DNA from: Mizuhopecten yessoensis | Lineage: Eukaryota | Reading direction: 5' to 3' | Length of the DNA: 64,000 nt | Assembly (NCBI RefSeq): GCF_002113885.1 | Contig: NW_018408315.1 | Coordinates: forward strand, 130,117-194,116 | Shown here: piece by piece, positions 57,126 through 64,000 of the stretch | Layout: every line of letters starts with the position of its first letter | Numbering within the stretch: position 1 is the first letter of the stretch | The notes under the pieces: generated by a model | The model's input: only the letters and a program-made list of their open reading frames with translations | What the model was told of the DNA's origin: nothing | Database searches by the model: none | Position numbers and translations under genes: made by a program

Positions 57126-60100
57126 TCGGATGAGAGGAACGGGTAGGGGAGGAGGGGTCACAGAAGGGGAGAGTTGGGGGAGGGGGGAGATAGACTGGTA
57201 TCTAGGATAGAATGTTTTAGATGTATAAATTTTGTTTGTTTTGAAGTATATGCGTTACCCCTGTAGTATGAGGAGACTTTAAAATTTGGTTCTGGGAAAG
57301 GATGAGTGTTGTGCAAGAAAAATGAAGTTTTTGAAACGAAGATTGAGGGGTCCTGGAGTAAGAGTAAGGATGTGTTAGCAAATGTAATCTAGTTGACAAA
57401 TATCAAATACCAACTTGTCTGTAAATGGTCCTGGACTTTATCAGACATTTATTATACCAAAGTTTTTAACTCTGAGGATATTTCAGTTTCCACAAAGATG
57501 CCTCTCACATCAATACAAATCTCTTTGTAATTGTCAATTTGTACCTGCAATGGTGAATTAGCATCTGTATGTCAGAAATGTCTGAACCATTTTCTTATCT
57601 TGATCTTTTGGACTCTTGGAGGTGCCAGCTACAAGTGTGTGTGCCACAAACATTTACCCTACTGAACACTCACTCCCCAAAAAAAGATGTAGACTTACTG
57701 AAGTTATTTTTCTTATACTTATCAATATGCCTGTTTAAATTCAATCTTAATTGCATATTTCTGTCCTTCATCAAAATGTAAACAGTCTTATCTTATGTGT
57801 GAACGATTTACTTGTGATGAATATATGACAGATGCGTTTACATGGAAAGTTATGCAGATATTTCATCATGTGCAATAGAAATAGCTGGCGTTGCATTTCT
57901 CAGTAAAATGTCAATGAAGTCATTATTATAAGGGAATGTCATCTTGCCTAGAGCGTTCAGTACTGCTTGAGAACAGGTGTGCTGTTGGGCGTCGGCTTGA
58001 CTTTCAGTAGTAAGGCGGCAACTTGATTCAAGTTTTCAATAATTTCATTTATAGACATTATTTATCTATGGGCAGACGCTGGTGAACAAATGCCTGTTAG
58101 CATTGAATTTATTGTGTAAAATACATTTGTAAAATAGAATAAAGAACAGTTAGCCATTGTTATTAAAATTAGCTTGCTCTGCTCTGGGTATTTTGGGTAC
58201 CCAATTGGTTAGCCAAGCTATATCCCCTTACGGAATTGCAGCACATTTACAGTCTAAATAAAGCCCAATAACAGCTGGATATATATAGGGAAGTAACTGG
58301 GTAACTCGGATAAATGCAGATGTCTTTGGGGATATACCAGCAACTGGATAAGGATATCCTCAGGAACACCAGTAGCCCTGTATGTCTTATAGAGTGTTTG
58401 TTTTAGATATTTCATGTTTGAAAATAAACATGATAAGCATCATTTGATGAAGGGTAGGTTCCATCTGGTGTTAGTCTGAAAAGAACCCCAACAGCTATCT
58501 ATGTTACAGAATAGATGTTGATGATGTACATTGAGCGTATTTTGAACTCTGAAATAGGGAATCAATAACTTTAACTAAGTAATGTTTCATTTCATGCCAC
58601 CACTGAATAATATATTTCATTTCGTTTAATTTTATCACTGGTATACCTGGTTTATTTTGAAATAGTTGAAATGCAGTCGGAGTCGGAATATCTATCTATC
58701 TATCTATCTATCTGTTCAATTATGTCGGTCAAAAATCATTTCTGACCTAAACAAGGGGGTAAGGTGTTACTGCAGATAATTTCAGATTGTATGGTACTTC
58801 AACGCTTCAGTCATTATCACGTCTATGAATATAATGGGCGAGTTATTATATACACATATATTGATTGGTAAATAGATATTTTGGTATTATACAGATTACT
58901 CCATTACATTACGTTAAATGTATAGAAGTTGTTTATAAACTTATACAATATCACGCGGCTAGCTTACAGAACAATCGTGACAGATTATGACAATTACTGG
59001 AAGATGTACTATGTGACACCTGTCAAAACCAAACATGACCAGGCCATTTTGGTCGGAATAGAAAGGTTTACATATTATACAATTTATATAACAATGCACA
59101 GGTTTGGATAGGGCTTTATTTCACAGGGCAAGGCAGATGAGGAAATGTGAATAAGGTTACAGTAAGGGAGGGGACTTAAAAAGGCACAATGAAGTATAAG
59201 GAAGTTAAATATCATGTTCCACAGATGTTGATATAGATCTAGGTTAAATGCTAGTGATATCTATGAACAGCAACATAGTGTGTTACATGTACAATATTAT
59301 TTCAAAGTATTACAAAATTTTAAACAGTACGTTTTATAATATTTTGAACGAATATTGTACATGTAATAAACTTTAAAACCATCTTCAGTCATCAAATTGG
59401 AAGAGAACCAGAAATATAATTAATATCTGCCACACTCTTTGAAAGCATTCTGACAACATTGCTTTTGTCAGTTATTAGATCAACTATGAGTTCCCCTCCT
59501 TTACCCCCCTCCCTTCTCACACCCACGCACTGTGTTACTGTGTTCTAGAAGATAACATCACCCTCGAGCTCCTCCTCCTCATCTTCCTCCTCCTCCTCCT
59601 CTCCTCCTCCTCCTCATTCCTAATTCTGTAGAGATGGGCTTGCCCCCCATTATACATGTTTATCTATTTGACTGGCTAGGTTTTGGGTTGCTGACAAATC
59701 TGCCAGAAGGAAGTTAGATTAAACGAATCTTAAAAACAAAATGTAATAAATTTTAATTTTGAATCGAATAAGTATTGATCATGGAGTTATATTGATGCTG
59801 CAAGGCTATTATTTTCTCAGGTCTTGTTTCTAGAGATATAAATATCAGTTTACAATCTCCTAAATACATTGTTCTCTTGGTAAGGATGTTTTCTTTTTCA
59901 AATATTTTACTCAAATTTATAACAGTAATGGATATCTTTCTTCGTTTTCCTGTTTATTTGTACAGAATAAGTTCGTTTTACAATAAATTAACACTATAAA
60001 TGTTCATTATTTCTGCATTTCATATTTTACAGACAATGGATGGCTGGAATAAATATGTCTCAAAACTGATAGTGGTATTATGTATAATAATGATTGTATA

Positions 60101-60544
60101 TCCTATGAAGCAATACTGCCACTATAAGCGTTGTATTTAGGGGTAATTTATTTTGGTTGGTATTCCATATTCAACAATGAAACACAAATTTGGGATGTTT
60201 GTGTTAGTTTGTGCCAAAAACAGACATTTGAGCGACTGTAAACTGCGATACAGGAAAATCAATTATTGGTACGTGTTTCTAGTATATGTGGAATGTTACA
60301 TAGAGATGCTGGTGTCTTATTGGTGATATACACACTGATTATAAACCCAGACAGAAAACACGGACTAACAAATGGAATCTCACTCAATCATCTATTAGTT
60401 TTATAGTATAGGGGCTAACATTCCTTTTAACAGGCCAAGTGTATAGACATTAGGGTGAGATTCTTGTGATTTTTTTATTATAGCAGTCTTAGAGATAGCT
60501 TATGACTGATATAAATATGTCCATAATTTAGTGTCTGTCTTTGG

Positions 60545-61315
60545 GGAAAATTGTGACCGAGTCCCAAGGTCAGAGAAACTTTTGTCTAATTCCCAAGGTC
60601 AGATATAACTTTTGTGTAAGTCTCAAGGTCATAGAGATTAGAGAAGCTTTGTCTAATATCCAAGGTCAGAGGAAACTTGTGTGCAATTCTCAAGGTCATG
60701 GAAATCTTTTACTTATTCCAAAGGTCAGAGAAAAATTGTGTCTAATACCCAAGGTCAGGGGAAACTGTTGTCTGGTTCCCAAGGTCAGATGAACCTTGTG
60801 CTTGATTCCCAAGTTCAATAGAAAATTGTGTGTAATTCTCAAGGTCAGGGGAAATCATGGTCTAATGCCCAAGGTCAGAGAAAAATTGTGGCTGATTTCT
60901 AAGGTCGTAAGAAAGTTTATCTGATTCCCAAGGTCAACAGAAAATTGTTTCTGATTTCCAAGTTCAGCAGAATCAGTTTTCTGAATCCCAGGGTTAGAAG
61001 AAACTTGTGCTTATTTGTGTGTAAGCCTCAAGGTTATACGAAAACTTTGTATAAAGCCCAAGGTTGAGGAAAATTATTTTGCATCTGATTTCCAAGGACA
61101 GAGGAAACTTGTGCCTGATTCCCAAGGTCAGATGAAAATTGAATTCTCAAGGTCATGGGAAATCTTTTTCTTGTTCCCAAGGTCAGAGAAAAATTGTGTC
61201 TAATTCCCAAGGTCAGAGGAGACTGTTTTCTAGTTCCCAAGGTCAGATAGAACTTTTTGCCTGATTCCCAAGGTCAGATGAAAATTTTGTCTAGTTCCCA
61301 AGGTCAGGGGAAACA
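60545..61315. repeat. Degenerate ~30-bp repeat (about 25 units) with a conserved CAAGGTCA core
   Basis: (c/t)caaggtca recurs about every 30 bp with variable spacers. Confidence 0.92.
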
Positions 61316-64000
61316 TACTTCTAGAAAGGGTTTTGAAGTAATTAAGGTGTTTAGTTTTTTCCTTAGTGCAATCCATGGTGAAAACCCCAGTTAACAGTGC
61401 TATATATCTGTATGTGAAATAAACATGAAATATAGACATTCATCAGGCACCACTGTTCTTATCAGAGAAAGATAATTTACAGTGAAAATTTCCATAGACC
61501 CTACATATTAAGGGAGAGATGGACAGGTATCACATGACCAAACACTCAATACACTGTAATGATATATAAATTGGCTGGACAATCCTTTTAACATGAGGTC
61601 AAAAACCATTGTTTTTAATAATTATTGTTAATTGAAATAAGATATATATCCTTTCTAAGTCTTATGTGTGATTATTGTGAAAGATGAGACTATATTGATC
61701 AAGGATTATTAACCGATGAAATGATGGTTTCGCTTTGAATATTCAAAACAGATGCAACCGCCTTTAAACCTAAATAAGGTTACCTGAAAGGATAAAATAA
61801 TATTACAAAAACATGGCTGCTGCAAAACCAATGCAAATTTAAGAATCAATCCCACCTGTAGTTAAAAGAGTTAAAAAAAAAGTGAAAAATTTGGACAAAA
61901 GGGTGTATGACAGGGTGTCGTTCTAACCCCCCTAACTTTTTGTTTTCCCTGGAAACATATATTTATGTTTTTATGATATGTAGCATGGATATAAGTTATT
62001 TTATATACCAATTCTATTAGACTTTACACTCATTTTTTTTGCAAAATTTTACCTAAGCCAGTTGCAGGCATATTGCAAAAAATGGTAGCCATTTTGAAAA
62101 TAAATAGATTTTTTTGCAAAATATTATGTCTAAAATATTTCAAAATATTCATTTATCATATTGTTCTCAGATATATATTAAAAAAAGAAAGCATTTTTGG
62201 CGGTTACCTTAATGACTTAAAAAGGGTAAAAAAATGACATTTTCCGGACTTCAAAGGGGGGTAACTCTTTCAAAGAATATTTTTAAAAATAGCCTGGAAA
62301 CCTATTCTCAAATTTAAATATTTTGTTAGGTACACCCCAAAGAACAATATATGCAAAATTAAAAAAAAATCATTGACTAGATTTATTTTGACTCTAGTGT
62401 CCTTCTCAACTGTAGATGCTAAACACATACAAAAAATGAGAGGAAATTTGTGTTTCAGTATAAATGGCAGCCTTTCAATAGTTGTGGGGAAGTTGTTATG
62501 TTGACACAAGATAACATAATTAGTCTTATCTTAGAAAGTGTTTGATTTTAATTTGTACTAGATAATGCTTAAGATCTGACAGAAAAACTATTTATAGTGA
62601 GCTATCTTATGTTTGAAGTAGATTGGGTGGTGATATAAATGACACAGCAGCAGGTGGTTTCAGAAATAAAATCAGTTTTAAACAATATTCTTAAAATCTA
62701 TAATTGCTAAGTATTGGTTGTAAGTTAAGATAAAAAAGAATTTAATCAGGAATAAATACTTTCTAGTTCCCAAAATAACAAAAAAAATTATCAACAATCT
62801 GGCTGGTAGCTATCTCACTGAAGGTCGTTGAACCCCAGTTTTTATGGTAGTTTACCAGAATTAGCATTCTTCACTCAATAAAAGTAGGCAGAGATTGGCA
62901 CAGTCTGTGGCATTATAAGGTTGGCAACTTTAACATTGGGAGTCAGCGGGCATTGCAGAGGCAGGGTATTGGATAAGGGTAACCTACCTTAATCTATTAA
63001 CGAACCACAAATTAATTAAAAGAGGTGAATGAACTGAACTGTGTACTGCTGAGAAATACATAGAAGTGGTGCCACCCCCACCCTTCTGAGAAATAATTGA
63101 TTCATCAACTTAATACCCCGACCCACCCACTCCGGCCCCACCCTTTGATCAATATGAATTTCATTTTCTCTTTTAAGATGTACTTTGTACTTTCTAATTT
63201 ACAAGCTTAAAGCATCCACAGAGGCTGGTGGTGATGAGAAACCCAAACACTCCTCACCGTCATTAAAACCTGTATCTATATAGGGATTGAATGGATTTTT
63301 TTTCATGTAATGAAAAGTAGTAGCTGATCTACATATCCTGTGGAGAGCATTAGTGCTCCTCAGAGAATAGGTTCATGAACTACAATAAAAAAAAGTTACA
63401 ACACGTTTTATAGATTTGATATTCTTAATATTAATATCGGTCAGAAAACCTTAAATAAAGAACAGCCAGAACTCCACCCTACACACAAACTTCAAATGTT
63501 CGACTTCAGCAGATCAGCTAATTTTGTTGAAACGAAAATATATCAAGAATCTAATAATAATCAACACTTGAAATTCCTTTCATTTTTGAAAGACGATCTT
63601 ATTTGATGTTTTTTTCGCATTAAACACCGCATATTATATATTTAAAAAAGTTTATGTCTGCCCTATTTCAAATCATCGGTCACCATAGTAATTACCGTTA
63701 TCGAGAGCACCCGTCGGCCGAGCACCCGTCGGCAGTAGGCATAGAACTCATTTGAAGTTAAATGAACAGCCGTTGAATGTACTGTTTACCAAAACAAATT
63801 GCAGATGTAATGCTGATAAGTTGGTGTATGAAGTGCCCTGTGTCATTTCAAAGTTCTCCGAGTTCAATGTGCAAGTTGATGTCACAAGGATTACACAGTA
63901 GGACATTTCTAAACATTTTCTTCAGGTTGGTAAGTATGGATTATGAAAAGTTCTTTTTACACAACCAATAAAATTTTCTATATGATGTTTTGAAGACTAG

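Overview
This is AT-rich, repeat-dense animal genomic DNA with spliceosomal introns. Its repeat types suggest a mollusc, probably a bivalve (inference). The main feature is a complete 14-exon succinyl-CoA:3-oxoacid CoA-transferase gene (OXCT1/SCOT, 522 aa by my exon assembly) on the minus strand, 39591 to 5579. Intron 8 of this gene has U12-type (minor spliceosome) signals. Intron 5 (about 24 kb) contains a same-strand, single-coding-exon syntaxin (Qa-SNARE) gene, several minisatellites and non-autonomous transposons. It ends in a 57-bp tandem array built from the exon 6 splice acceptor itself, giving about 16 decoy AG|GT sites. A degenerate duplicate of exon 13 lies just upstream of exon 13. 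Upstream of OXCT1 are a decayed CR1/L2-type LINE with a 2A-like DxExNPGP motif, a tandem tRNA-Arg(CCT) cluster (3 intact copies, 2 broken), a 3.6-kb purine-rich satellite block, and a 30-bp-period array of CAAGGTCA nuclear-receptor-like sites. Most long ORFs in the supplied track are artefacts of tandem repeats.
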